From Phoronis australis (Eukaryota > Animalia > Phoronida): a DNA stretch of 59,325 nt. The stretch's first letter is position 1. The number at the start of each line of letters is the position of its first letter. A model generated the notes under the pieces. The model saw only the letters and a program-made list of their open reading frames with translations, had not been told where the DNA came from and made no database searches. The translations under genes were made by a program, and so were the position numbers. Below, in pieces: positions 11,849 through 23,789 of this stretch. Where the stretch lies: contig NMRA01001076.1 in the NCBI GenBank assembly GCA_002633005.1, positions 1 to 59,325 of the forward strand, written 5' to 3'.

Positions 11849-14586
11849 CTGGGACCAAGGTGTTGCCGAAACGAGCGTAACGAAGGTGTGCAGTGGAGCA
11901 GGGGAGATGGGAGTTTACACGAACGATGCATTTTATGTTAACGGAATTGTGCGGTGATTCGATGTATTTCAAGGCTTTTCATTTCATGCGAAAATAATGA
12001 TTGAGTAGATGAACAACGCAAGTTAAGAATTTTTTGTTGTGAAATTTGCACTGAATTGTTACCGTTCGGCTAGGGAAACTGGATATTTTTCAATCAGTAG
12101 AGTTCTCAAATTAGACTATGAAAAAGGAGTCAATTGGTTACACTGTTATCTTTGATGACTTTGCTGACAATCATTTGGCACTTCAGTTCTACCAAAGTTG
12201 TGGGCATTTTTCCAACATGTATTTTTTCCTATATTAAGTACTTAGCTACTCAAATACAGGTATTGGTTAGAGGCCTCTGAATACAACTTTCGTGTCACCA
12301 ACTAACTTGCTCATTGTAAGGCGGCTTATAAAGTTTCAAAATCGCATGCCCATTTAAGTTCTTAACTTAGTTTGTCACAAAATAAAACATAGCCAATGCT
12401 TCGGGTGCCAACTTTATTCGCCGATAAGCTCTTAGTATTGTTTTCGCAAAAACATCTTGCACTCTCTGTGACCTTTAATCTAGACGAATCGCATAAAGTT
12501 TAACATCAACTGACTCGTTTCGAGCACACTGCATTGTTTGTTTTTTTTTCTGCTGTAGCATCGAGCCGCAGGCCAAAATTATCTCGGGTTTCTATGTCAG
12601 ACCTGAGTGAGATGTGTCCGAGAAACGTCGAGTCGGTCGAGTAACTCCATTGTTATGTGCTGAAAGTTCCAGTGTTTTTTTTGGGAATTTCAACGTATTT
12701 TAAATTGTTTTCACCATTTGTGTACAGTGGAAATCAGGAAGACATAGAGAATTCTACAATCGTCTCAGGTTTGTGACACGGGCAAAGCCTCTTGGAAGCG
12801 GAAAAACTCCATGTGTCTAAAACTTTCAACCAAATGACTCGACTTTTGTAAAAACACGCTTGCGCAATGTAAAGTAAACTCAGATAGTATTTTTAGTTTT
12901 TAGTTTCCCCGCACGTGAGCACTGAATTGACCTTGAGACAGCACAACTATACTCTGGTTTCTTGAGTTGGGGTTTGTCTCCTTTTGCATAAATGTGAATA
13001 TAGAATTCGCTGCAGAAGATGGCTCCGTTTAAGAAGTTGGTTGCATGTCTTTCCGACTCGGGGAGTGCGTACAGTTGTAACACCTGATTTATCAATCATA
13101 ACCTTGTCCCCTTCACGGAATTTCGACTTTTTTTTGGTTGGCGCGGGCATTTGGTTGTTGGTATTAGTTTTTTGCAGACGATAAAATGTAAAGCGTATGG
13201 ATTTCTGTTTTGCACTACTTTGTTATTCACCCATGTAATATCAAAAAATTACGTACTCTGTGTACGGTCATTGACTACGGGGTATTCCAATCTTCACCTG
13301 AACCAGCGAAGTGACCTGCGCACTTTTGGCCTCTGGTTTGAACCAGTCCTATAGGCCTGTGGCCTGTTTCCGATCTTAAGAACCCGCTCTCGAGGTGCTT
13401 AATTGTCAACAGCTTATGTGTCCAGTGCTTCGTTACATTGAGTAAAAATCTTTCTAAATTCCTAGTTGCTAGAATCTTCTCGCTATAACTCTTCCATGTT
13501 GGTTACTAGCCTTGTGTAATTTCAATATATAAGGTGCCTGTCTCACTGGTCTGACATCATCCTAGATTTAGTAAACGCATAAGCTTGTATTCAGAAAGAA
13601 AATTTATTCATTTGGACTCGATAAAAGTCAGCGGAACATAAAATGCAGCTGTGCTCTTAAAATTCGCTTGCCACTTGGGCGACCGACCAGTGATCTTCTA
13701 GTTGCCAGCACCATTTTTAATCACGTTCGCCACTTGGCAAGTGGCTTATTTTTTTTTTAATTTGCACTTTCAATACACTATTGAGTAACTGTGCTTAGTA
13801 TGGGGTTTTACAGGGAATTTTCAGGGACTTTAGAGTTTGAACAGACTCCAAAGATTTTGGAAGATGTGTTCAACAGTTGGAAACAGCCACACATGGACTA
13901 TCATGTGTTAGTAATTTTATCACTCACTTTGATTTCAAGAATTGGAAATGTGTAAAATCAACAAGTGCCATATTGTGGTCTGTTTTGTGCAGCATTTGAT
14001 GTCAACAAAATGTGAAACATTCAGTTTACTTACCTTCTCCAGCTTGGTCATGTCCTTCTGGTGTGTCAACATGTGGCCTTCCTGTACATGCATTGGTGCA
14101 TAATGCTCTGAGATATTCTTGGTCGTCGTGTGGCCGTTTATCTTGACCAGGGAATGGCTGACCATGATCTAAAATCACCCGGTAAATTCTCACTCAAGGT
14201 GTAATCGAGGACTTTGGTTTATATACAAAGTTTGATTTGATAGCATTATCTTTGTAAACTGTATACCAGATGTGTAAAAATGGTACACTCATATCTAAAA
14301 TCTGTAAAACTGAAATATGCTGTCTTAGAAAACACCGTAACTGCAGTAGTAGCAGGCTCTGTCATATAACTTGTTTCAGAAAAATTAGGTAACAAGGGTG
14401 TTGTAGGTGATCATCACTTTTTGGACACTCTTTGGTTTTTTTATATGATACATAGGGATGTAGAGAGTGTTTTCAAATGACACAAACATAACAGGGAGAC
14501 TCAATTGAATACCTCTCCTTGATGAAGCACTGGAAGAGGTAGACAGGGCAGTGGTGGCAGACAGAGGAGTGCTGGGTCTTTCAGGC

Positions 14587-15264
14587 TGCTGAAGGGTCAT
14601 CTGCACTTCTGCAGGGTCTCTATCATTCTCTCTGCAACGCTTTACTTTGATGTCAGGATGTGCCTGGTCTTCTAGGGATCGTTTTTGTACTATAAACAGA
14701 AGTTATAGTACCACAGCTAAAGAATTTGTAACTGTTAAAAAATATTAATTTTTGCTATAAAAAGCACTGACTGAAACCCTGATTAAGAAGTAATACCACT
14801 CTGCTAGAAAATACAAATCCCAGTAGCCTGACTACAAAGCAGCCTTTTGTGATCAAAATTAACTTTAAAGTTTGATTTTGCCATTTGCGTTATCTACCTT
14901 TTGGCTGAAGGGTCATCTGCTGAAGGTTCCTTGTGATAGTCCTCATTTTTTCAAGATGCTGAAGGGTCATCTGCACTTCTGCAGGGTCTCTATCATTCTC
15001 TCTGCAACGCTTTACTTTGATGTCAGGATGTGCCTGCTCTTCTAGGGATCGTAAACAGAAGTTATAGTACCACAGCTAAAGAATTTGTAACTGTTAAAAA
15101 ATATTAATTTTTGCTATAAAAAGCACTGACTGAAACCCTGATTAAGAAGTAATACCACTCTGCTAGAAAATACAAATCCCAGTAGCCTGACTACAAAGCA
15201 GCCTTTTGTGATCAAAATTAACTTTAAAGTTTGAATTTGCCATTTGTGTTATCTACCTTTTGGC
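14587..15264. repeat. Tandem exon-plus-intron duplication (14587-14905 and 14957-15264)
   Basis: Near-identical 319/308-bp copies. The second has an 11-bp deletion that removes the minus-strand splice acceptor. Confidence 0.9.
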
Positions 15265-15535
15265 AGAAAGTCACATTTTAAGAATAATTATTGGATGGAA
15301 TATACTCCTAGAAGAGTTAGCCTTGGCTAGAACTCCAAAGAACAATGCCTGTGCATCTTTGAAGTGATTAAAGGAGAATGCCACCTGATTTAATTAATCT
15401 TTTTTGTGGTCTTAATCAGTCTATATCCACATTGCCTCGCATACGGTCGACTTTACCTTGCCAAGAGGTGACGCGTTAACCTGTGAGGAAGGTGAGAAAC
15501 GACGCAGCGACGTCAGTGGTTCATTTGCAGAGCGA

Positions 15536-15800
15536 ATGCCTCTATATTGCGTTGCATCGTTCCCTCTTGTCCGAACTATGCAGCTGTGAGGAAAGCGGGT
15601 ATATCATTTTTCGACTTCCTCTAGAGTTTGAAATGCTTAGGAAGTGGCTTGCGGTAGTGAAGAGTGAAAAGTACGCTGTGAATAGCAAGTATGAGGCCAG
15701 CAGTCGTCGACAGTGCCTGACGAATGCCGGCTTACCAAATACCTATCCATACGTTCCGTTGTCTGAGCTTGTTCACGGCCCCACTCTAGTATTTCACTGT
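15536..15800 (+). pseudogene. Frameshifted THAP zinc-finger coding relic (left end of Kolobok)
   Basis: Across frameshifts it reads MPLYCVA..CPNYAAVRKAGISFF/RLPLEFEMLRKWLAVVKSEKYA, the THAP C-C-FP-W signature. Confidence 0.6.
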
Positions 15801-16149
15801 ATTCCGGTTCAAACTGATAGCCTATGAAACTTAACTATCCACCTGTGAAGTCTTCGTGTGGATGAGCTCTCGTCTAAGTTGGGATTGCAAGTTGCCATGT
15901 TGACGTTTATTACTGAGCGTTCTGTTTCAAAATGAATTGTTCTCACCCCAACCAATACGTAAAAAAACTTAAACAAAGTCTGTCTCATTAGATGCAATTT
16001 GTAATGCCTTTGGAGTGCTCATGAGTGCAAATGTTTTGAGAAGCCAGCAATGAATAAATCACTGCGTTACCAGCTTTAGGTGCAATAAAACTAATTGACG
16101 GGACCCCTAGGCCGTGTGAAATCATTCTAATTTAGTGTTCATAAGGCTT

Positions 16150-16266
16150 AATCGTCGTGAGAGATCGTCCGGAGTTGGTATATGGTGCAACTCGGGACGG
16201 TCTGGGGTCTACAGAAAACCACAGTTCAACTGTGAGTCTACACCAATGTGATAAATGAGAGTAGTT
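16150..16266. repeat. 117-bp dispersed repeat; inverted copy at 31157-31273
   Basis: Near-exact reverse complement. Contains the palindrome cacagtt-c-aactgtg. Confidence 0.9.
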
Positions 16267-16546
16267 AGCTGGCAGAAACTTTTGTGAAACAACTATATTT
16301 TTTATCTCACGGCCAGGTGTTGGGGGAATCTTTATTTACATTTACATTATTCAAATAATGATTGCCAATGTACAACTTCTGCCCTGACGGTTGCCCAAAG
16401 CTGAACCTGAATTCGTGGCCCCCGACTAGTAAGTAGATTTGTAGTTTCGTGGCTAATTCACCAACATAATCACGTGCACATTACTTCTTTGGCTCACTAG
16501 TATAGTATTTTCTTGACTGGAAGTTTTATTTCCAACTTTGGCTGGT

Positions 16547-16932
16547 TTATGTCCGTGATGTCTTCAGTCCAGCTGCGACAGGCCTGATTGGTTTCCGAGC
16601 CCCGTGAACATGAACAGGCAATGGATGGATAGTTCTGAAAGCCATCTGAACGACTTGTTTTGTTGCCAGTGCACTAACTGCACGATATTGGGAACTATTG
16701 ATACTTGTGTTAGCTGCCACCAAATTCTGCGAGTGGAACACCTTCTTGTCAACGAAATGCTGGCCACAGACACAGAACGGAGATGTTTCACGACCTCATC
16801 ATTGGCGTACTTTTCAATCTTCACCACCTGCCAGCCACTTCCGAAGCATTTTGGGCTCTCTAGGAGATTGGAAAATCGATATACCATTGCAGCTTCATAG
16901 TTTGTACAAGGGCGAATGATACACCACACCAT
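16547..16932 (-). pseudogene. Frameshifted THAP zinc-finger coding relic (right end of Kolobok)
   Basis: Across frameshifts it reads MVWCIIRPCTNY/NGISIFQSPREPKMLRKWLA/VVKIEKYANDEVVKHLR/VCGQHFVDKK, a complete C2CH THAP signature. Confidence 0.7.
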
Positions 16933-17182
16933 AGCGGCACTCTGCAGAAGTACCGCTGACGACTCTGCATTGTTTACTCACCTTCCACACCGGTTAATGC
17001 GACTCCTCTCAGCGAGGTAAGCTTGACTGTACGAGTTGATGTGTATATAGACCGATTAAGGCAGTAAAAAAATAATTAAATCGGGTGGCATTCTCCTTTA
17101 ACAGATGTGTAACTAGGTGTCATGAGTGTTCCAGACTGTGACTCACTGGCAACTCGCGGGATATGCGCATTTCTGTTATTTT

Positions 17183-17900
17183 CTTTAAAAGTTTATTAAG
17201 AATATTTTAGTAAAATAAAATACAAAATGGGCAGAAATCGCCAGGAGGCATTGTATCTGGGTCAAATAAATATGAAGAAATCTATATACAGTTATTATAC
17301 ACAAATACATAATATAAAAGTGATGTCAAAATTTCAGTGACATATGATTACGAATTATATTTTTTACACAGTCAAGTTATTTTACATTATGCAATGTTAT
17401 CGATTCACACAAATTTTTTATTAGTAAAGAGAAATTTCGATACTATATCGAACAAAATCTTATTTTCATTTGGATCGAGTTCTTTACATTCATTTGGAAA
17501 AAAGTTAATTTTGTTATACATTTGAGGAATATCAGAATATTTTTTGTAAACATTGTGGGTATTGTTCGAGTGTCTGGAAAAGCTGTACCCTCTGCTCCCC
17601 GCATACCGTACAAACAGAAAACACGAGCATTTGTATGAGTGTCTCCACAGGAACACAGAGGCGAAATATTATTAAAATTATGTGTAAATTGGTCAATGTT
17701 TCGGAATAGTTGGCATCTTGATCTGTTTTGGATTATTTCATGCTTGAGAGGAATTTGGAGTGATGTCAATGGGACTGGCAAGTCTTGAGTGTGGTATGCA
17801 GTTTAAAATTATTTTTGAGAGACGATTTCTACATACAATAATAAAAAACTCCCAATCCAGTGTACCATGATATTGATTCTGTTACAAATGAGTATTAATT
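17183..17900 (-). mobile_element. 5'-truncated CR1/L2-group LINE 3' end
   Basis: Frameshifted ORF2 C-terminus (HNFNNISPLCSCGD...; ELDPNENKILFDIVSKFL). The 3' UTR ends in AATAAA and an A-rich tail. 9-bp TSD tgttatttt at 17174-17182 and 17901-17909. Confidence 0.7.
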
Positions 17901-19565
17901 TGTTATTTTAAATCGACGAAACACAACAGATGGGTAATTTTCAGTACGAAGTTTTTGTCACTGAAATCAGCCAATGGCAATTTGCATTATCTGTTGTTAG
18001 AACAGTAACTCTTGTCAAATGTGATTTCAATAACTCGGGGTGCCTGCAGAGTAATCAAATGCCATGCTATGGTCTGTTTTGAGCAACACTTGAAGTCAAA
18101 TATGAAGCATTCAAGATTGCCTTCTCAAATTTGGTCCTTTTCCTCTTGTGTGTCAGTATGGGGTATGAGAATTTTAGGCGTTACACGCTCAAAGTGTGTA
18201 AAACATGGCATAAATTTAATTCGTGCAAAAAGCACATCCTGTAGGAAACCTGCCATGCTGGCATGTGAAACGAGACATCTCTTTTTGTTGTATTGGCATA
18301 TTCAACACCTTTTTTGTGGAACAGTGTCTCTTGTGGTGGAAAAGTTCTGTTAGCTAAACAATTCATGCATGTCTTTTTATACATAAAATATTTATTCAAT
18401 TCCCTACCTTATGGAAAACCAACTTAATTATGGTGCTATGAGCGGTTTCATTATGTTACACTTGTTTTGTGGTATAGATTTATCTTTCACAATCTTTCGT
18501 TTCTTTCAGAGACCATTACAAACTTACCTTGTGGCAAAATTGGCATTGGTGAAAGTTTAACGAAATCCATAACAAGATGCCCTTTATCTGGGGGATGCCC
18601 TGAAATGATTGAACATTTATTGTTTTTTCATTTTGAAACAACTTCATCTTATTGTTACATCATTTTTTTCTGCTCTTTCGTTTTGTTGCCTAATACTTAA
18701 TAAATATGTTAGAGAACAAAATCAAGCGTGTTCTTTCAACTCAAGGTCAGTTCGCTTTAATACATTCATACCTGCAGAGATATCATTCTTGCTTTGACTG
18801 TCTTGATTTAGAGCATATTGAATGTGAAATGAAGTTGTAATTCATCTGGAATATGACTATTGTTGATGAGTCTGTTGTAAAATACTTGTGACACTGCACA
18901 CTTGTTGATTTTTCAATCTGAAGTGCTCTTCATAAAGTTTTAGATATTTGCACATATGCACGCACATACGCACACACACACACANAAATCATGCTTTTAA
19001 TCTTTACTTTTGTGGAGTAATTTAGATGCTCTTGTGATTCTTATAATTCTTGCCTGTGCTATTCAGAAACCATAAGGGTAATATTATAATTATCTTTTCT
19101 GCTAAGACCATAAACCTTTTGTTAAGCTGTTAGATGGTCAAATTGGGACATTTGTATGGCTAAGAGCTGGACTGAATTTTCATTGACCTTTTATATATCA
19201 ATTTCAAAAGGCCTATTGTGTTTAAACCATACCCACGATTTCCAATCTGGAAAACTTTAAGCCACTAGGCTGACTTTAACTTACCCGTTTTTTTCCCATT
19301 GCTTACAGATTCAGTGAAGAATCCACTGTCGACCTCTTCTGAAAAGGATATGTTAAATGCTGAATAGAATATGCATCTTTTATCCAAAACTTTTGTGCAG
19401 GAGAGATAATCATGTTACAAGAAAGTTATACCAAGAAACACTCATGTTATTGCTTTTAAAGTTTAGGTGACAAAGTGATGTGCTATTGCTGTGATGATTT
19501 AGGGGAGAAATAAACGCTCTTGATGTTGAAGTGGAACATTTACCGGTGAAGCTAATTGAACATTC

Positions 19566-19903
19566 CAGGGCCCTCGTTCATCCGAGGGAAAGGTGTATGT
19601 GTCTAATCTTAGAGAGGAATTTTTCTGGGTGAGGGGGAAATTGTACCTTCCGATTACCATCAATAGCACCTCCACCCTGTTGCAAACTCTCATAGGTTCT
19701 GCCTCATGTAGCCAAAATTAACATTTCGTACTCTTTCAAAATGTCACCTGTGTGGGTTACAAGTGATTCGCACATCAAGGCCAATTTTTCAATCACTTGA
19801 GGGTAATTTTTGGGTGTTGTGAGGGGATTTTCTAATATTTTTCAAAGCAGAATAGGGCTGAATCCGGATATTCAGCCTCAAAATTGAGGGACTGGGGGCC
19901 CTG
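19566..19903. mobile_element. hAT5-like MITE (CAGGG...CCCTG, 5-bp TSD)
   Basis: Termini cagggccc / gggccctg. TSD cattc at 19561-19565 and 19904-19908. A diverged family member is at 58427-58735. Confidence 0.8.
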
Positions 19904-20085
19904 CATTCTGTATGGGATTAAAACGTTAACAATTAAGACACCATTAAAGTTTCTCGACTATTGTTCAATGTTTCTGGTCTTATGTCTCGTCTTAAAAAGG
20001 TGCTATCCTGTGCTTTTTTATTAACAGTAGACATCCAACACTCGATGTAAATGCAAGTGTCTGGGAGTATTAGTGGCCTATCAAA

Positions 20086-20301
20086 TAACGTAGAAAATAA
20101 ATCTGAAACTAAATAAGGCGATCCAGATCCTCCCAAGGATGCTATTGTTTCACGAAATGTAGAATATAAATAGGTAAATAAAACAACAAGAATGGATCAA
20201 CTGAAATTTCGGATGTAATAACGTCCTTTGTCAACAGAAACAAAGAATGTTATTGCATCCGAAAATTTCAGTTGATCCATTCTTGTTTTAATACCTATTT
20301 A
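20086..20301. mobile_element. Short Penelope-like insertion with inverted tail and hammerhead-like core
   Basis: Flanked by the 12-bp direct repeat tggcctatcaaa (20074-20085, 20302-20313). ~60-bp inverted arms 20167-20230 / 20241-20301. The minus strand reads ttgacaa-aggacgttattacatcc-gaaatttc. Confidence 0.5.
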
Positions 20302-20739
20302 TGGCCTATCAAACTGATGCACAAATCTTGCATTTTTTCTCTGGTTTGAAAAGTAAGTTATGTATTGCTGGGTACCTTGGCTATACTTATTTTAATTTAA
20401 TACCCTTTTACTGGCAAGTTTCTTTGCCTGCATTTCTCTGTGCAAATAAAAAATTTTATGTTTAAGGCTTCAAGACAGACTAAAATCTTGCACCACAAGG
20501 TCATTTCCAGGGTCAAAAAGGAAATCATAGGTTGGCATAAATAGGTCATTTGTCAGCGGTACTAAAAAGTAAATAGTGCTAAAATAATAAAATATATAAG
20601 GCTCAGTCAAACCACGGGTAATCCTTTACCTCATAGAGGCCAGGCTTCGCCAGGCTGTGCTTTAAACTCAATTGGGTGGAGACTGAACTTAAGAATGGAC
20701 CCAGTTCCGATATCAAAAAATTTTGCGTACTGTGTTCCT

Positions 20740-21080
20740 TATTTAAACACCATGACTATTGCTGATTTTCGGATGTTTTTGACTATTCTGGCATCCATTA
20801 GGGGCAATTTTACTTTTTTGTGTCTACGGCTATATCTCCTTAACTCTTTTTAGGATCTTCTGAAAAAATTGGCACATGGGCTTCTATAGAGATGGCAATT
20901 AAAAGATGACAATGATTTTCAGACCAATGACACAATAGCCGTGCCCCTTAGTGTCAATTTTTTTACATTTTCTTCATATCTTAAGAGTTAGTTGGCTTAC
21001 TTTCATGGAATTTAGCAAATAGCTGGGTTTTAAAGAGATGACTCAACTTATTGATGGCGTTTGGCTCATGTTCTACCATA
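20740..21080 (+). repeat. Diverged fragment related to the repeat at 1-500
   Basis: Shares the modules ggctatatctcc, aggatcttc..aaattggca, gtgcccctt(a)gtg(g/t)caa and tttcatg(g)aatttagca. Confidence 0.4.
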
Positions 21081-23789
21081 TCCAATGCCCATTTCATACC
21101 AAAAACACCCATAGAAGCATACCGTACTGTGGAATTAAGCTATTTAGCCGCTGTCAAGATATCACCTTCCTTGTTTTTTTGTGATGCACTAAGACGTCAT
21201 TCTGCACTCCTTGTTTAGTTGTAGGAGTGCTCTTCATTTTTGGGTAATTTGTGATTTTTTTTAATGGGAAAACACTGCGTCTGTGGTGGCTATGGCTACA
21301 GAGCACCACATTGTGTCAGAATTAATTTTTCTGCTTGACTGTGGTTAAACAAATGCTGAAATGAAGTGACCTTGTTCGTGAAATTCACAAGCCTGGTGAC
21401 TGCGGGGAGGAGTACGCTCAGGAGAGGTTTGTGGGATACACCTGACCTGGAATGTTTGCTTTCTGAACCTCAGCCCTAGTGAGCCTTTCCTGGCAAAATT
21501 CCCTTCGAAAAGGCTCACTTAAGGAAGGCAAAATTTTAGAGAGTGTCTAGGGAATTGGTTCCTTTCAAGCTTTGAACGGGTTGAAAATTTATTGTCCAAG
21601 AATAATTGTGTAAAGCTTAATATTAAGGAAGTAATGCAGGTGAAAGGGTCATGCTTCTGGAACAGTACCCTACGAAAGAGTGACTTTTTCGTTGAAGCCC
21701 CATAGAAATGACCCCTACCCTTCAGAAATATAATTGAAGTATCCCGTGGGTGAACACGCGGACTTTTACACCTCAAGGTGGGGTTCATAGTGCGCAGGGC
21801 TTTCCCCGTTTTTGAGGAAAGAAATTTACAGTAATTGGTCAAAGGGACAATTCGTCTGAGGTCAGCAACTGTTGTTTTTTAAATACAAGATGTGACAGTG
21901 GTGGGCTCATGGAAAACTGAACATTGGGTGACATGACAGAAAACCTGGTGACTTAAGTGTAAACAGTTTAACCTAAAACAGCTCTAATTGTCTCTTGGGC
22001 TCTCTATGGTCGTTGAACGTACACGTCCACTGCAACATGCTTCTTTTGCTGCAGGTATGTTTAAGCAACAATCGTGCAGTAAGGATAAAAAATGGATGGG
22101 AGCTACAAATGCATGGAGTGAATACATGGACTTTTAACAAATCTATTGCTTGAATGATGCCACATAATTATGATGAAGTTAAATCTCACCGTCTAAAATG
22201 CCAGGTCTATGCTCCATTGACCCAAAAATCTTGTGAAAGTGGCAGATTATGTATGGCTCTGTGAGAATCGCCATGCATCATCACATGCTAAGCTCGTCGA
22301 TCACACTAGATTTACTTGCTAACTTCTTGCATAGATCTACGGAACATGACCCATGCTGATGCATGCCTCCAAATTTTCAATGATGCCAGCGGATGTTTAA
22401 GAGCCAACAAGTTACCATCTTAATCTACTGTAAATAATATGACTTACCAGGAATATCTTCCTTTTTCTCCGCCATGTCTCTGAAATCTTGAACTGGTCAA
22501 ACAAATGCTCTCTCGCTAGTCTCACTGAAGTTACCTAAACAGATAATTAATAACATTCAGAAAGCATATTCATAGTTTTTTCTGATAAATGACGTAATTT
22601 AACAAATTTCAGCAAAGCCACCTGTTTTAATTGGCTTTGTTGTCCTCAGAAATAAGTGAGTGCCAAAAATGACAAAATATTGATCACTTAGTCATTTTTC
22701 GTTGACTTCAGTTTCAGAATGGACACAATTAGTTGGAAATGCCTTCTAGATTCCAACAATTTATACCTTTTACAATGATATGTCAGATGTTTCCTGATTC
22801 ATCTCACGTCTGTATATGAATTCACACGGCAAGTTTACAAGATGGCCGCACTCAGTGGTGAACTTTGACCTCTAGTTTTTTTAATCAAAACAATTTCAAC
22901 AAACAAGTAAATGCCATTTCTGACCGTTGCTAGTAATTTAGACTTCTTATTCATTGTCATCTATCCTGACTTGCACTTTTTTCGTTCTGCCTGTGAAGAA
23001 GTTCTTAATCGTGGCTTCAGACAAGTTAACCACCTGACCCCGCGCTGCATGCAGATGGATGTATTGATCGAAAGGTCTACAGTGGCAGCCTCTGCTTTGT
23101 TTTTCTACCTGTTTTTGCACTAGCCAGCCATTGTCACATGCATGTCTGCGTCAACACTGTCTGCGGTATTCAATTTTCTGTTGTGCTAAATAAACTTGTT
23201 TACGTTTGTTTATGGATTGAAGCAATTGAACGTTTTTCTGTTAGACAGTGTAATGTAACTGATTGTATTTGCCCTGAGCTGTTATCGGGGACTGTGACTG
23301 CCGTTTCTGTGAATGGTGTTGTTTTTGCTTTGAACACTCTTATTTCCGAGAACACTAAATTGCAAGCAACCTTGTGTTTTGAAGAACAGTAAAAGTGTTC
23401 AGTGAGACTAAACTGGTTGATAAAATAATCACAATTTACATGTGCATACTGTAGCCGCCTCTGGCTACAGGGATAACAAAACAAAGTCGTTTGCATAACA
23501 CACTTTATTATTTGGTTGCTACCGATAAGAAGTGTCCAATAAAGCGGTCATCTGTAATGAAGAAAAAACACAGTCTAAGTACTCGGCTAGTAAGTGTAAA
23601 TCAATTAACAAGCAGCTGAATATACTGTACTTTAAACAACTATACACGCTCTAAACTTATAGCTAAATGCACACGAGTACAACATACTATGCCATAATAC
23701 TCAGTACTTACAACAGTTTGGCTAACACTCTGCTCAATATAAAAGTTTCAGCATCTAATAAAAACACGTGATTCGCGTTACAGATCTTG

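Larger units (their letters stand above)
15372..17097. mobile_element. Kolobok-type DNA transposon, non-autonomous/deleted
   Basis: TTAA TSD (15368-15371, 17098-17101). 25-bp TIR aggagaatgccacc(t/c)gatttaatta with one mismatch. AG...CT termini and THAP relics at both ends. Confidence 0.85.
14030..22540 (-). pseudogene. Decayed multi-exon gene of unknown family, upstream of and co-oriented with the USP exon
   Basis: A series of AG/GT-bounded minus-strand segments: ~22448-22534 (MAEKKEDIP), ~19285-19339, ~18527-18599, ~15257-18346 (split by two TEs), ~14514-14689 (open: QKRSLEDQAHPDIKVKRC...), ~14033-14301. Most contain stops or frameshifts. Confidence 0.45.

Noticed and set aside
12602-12630. 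Another hammerhead (ctgagtga...gaaacgtc)
   Set aside because: There is an extra base in the core and no credible stem II.
12947-13150. Integrase C-terminus (KFREGDKVMI)
   Set aside because: A single short motif with no DDE core or GPY/F-type continuation nearby.
22861-22875. AGAGGTCAA motif upstream of minus-strand relic genes (also ~37976 and ~42201) as a shared promoter
   Set aside because: TGACCT is frequent throughout the window, and two of the three sites are duplicates of each other.
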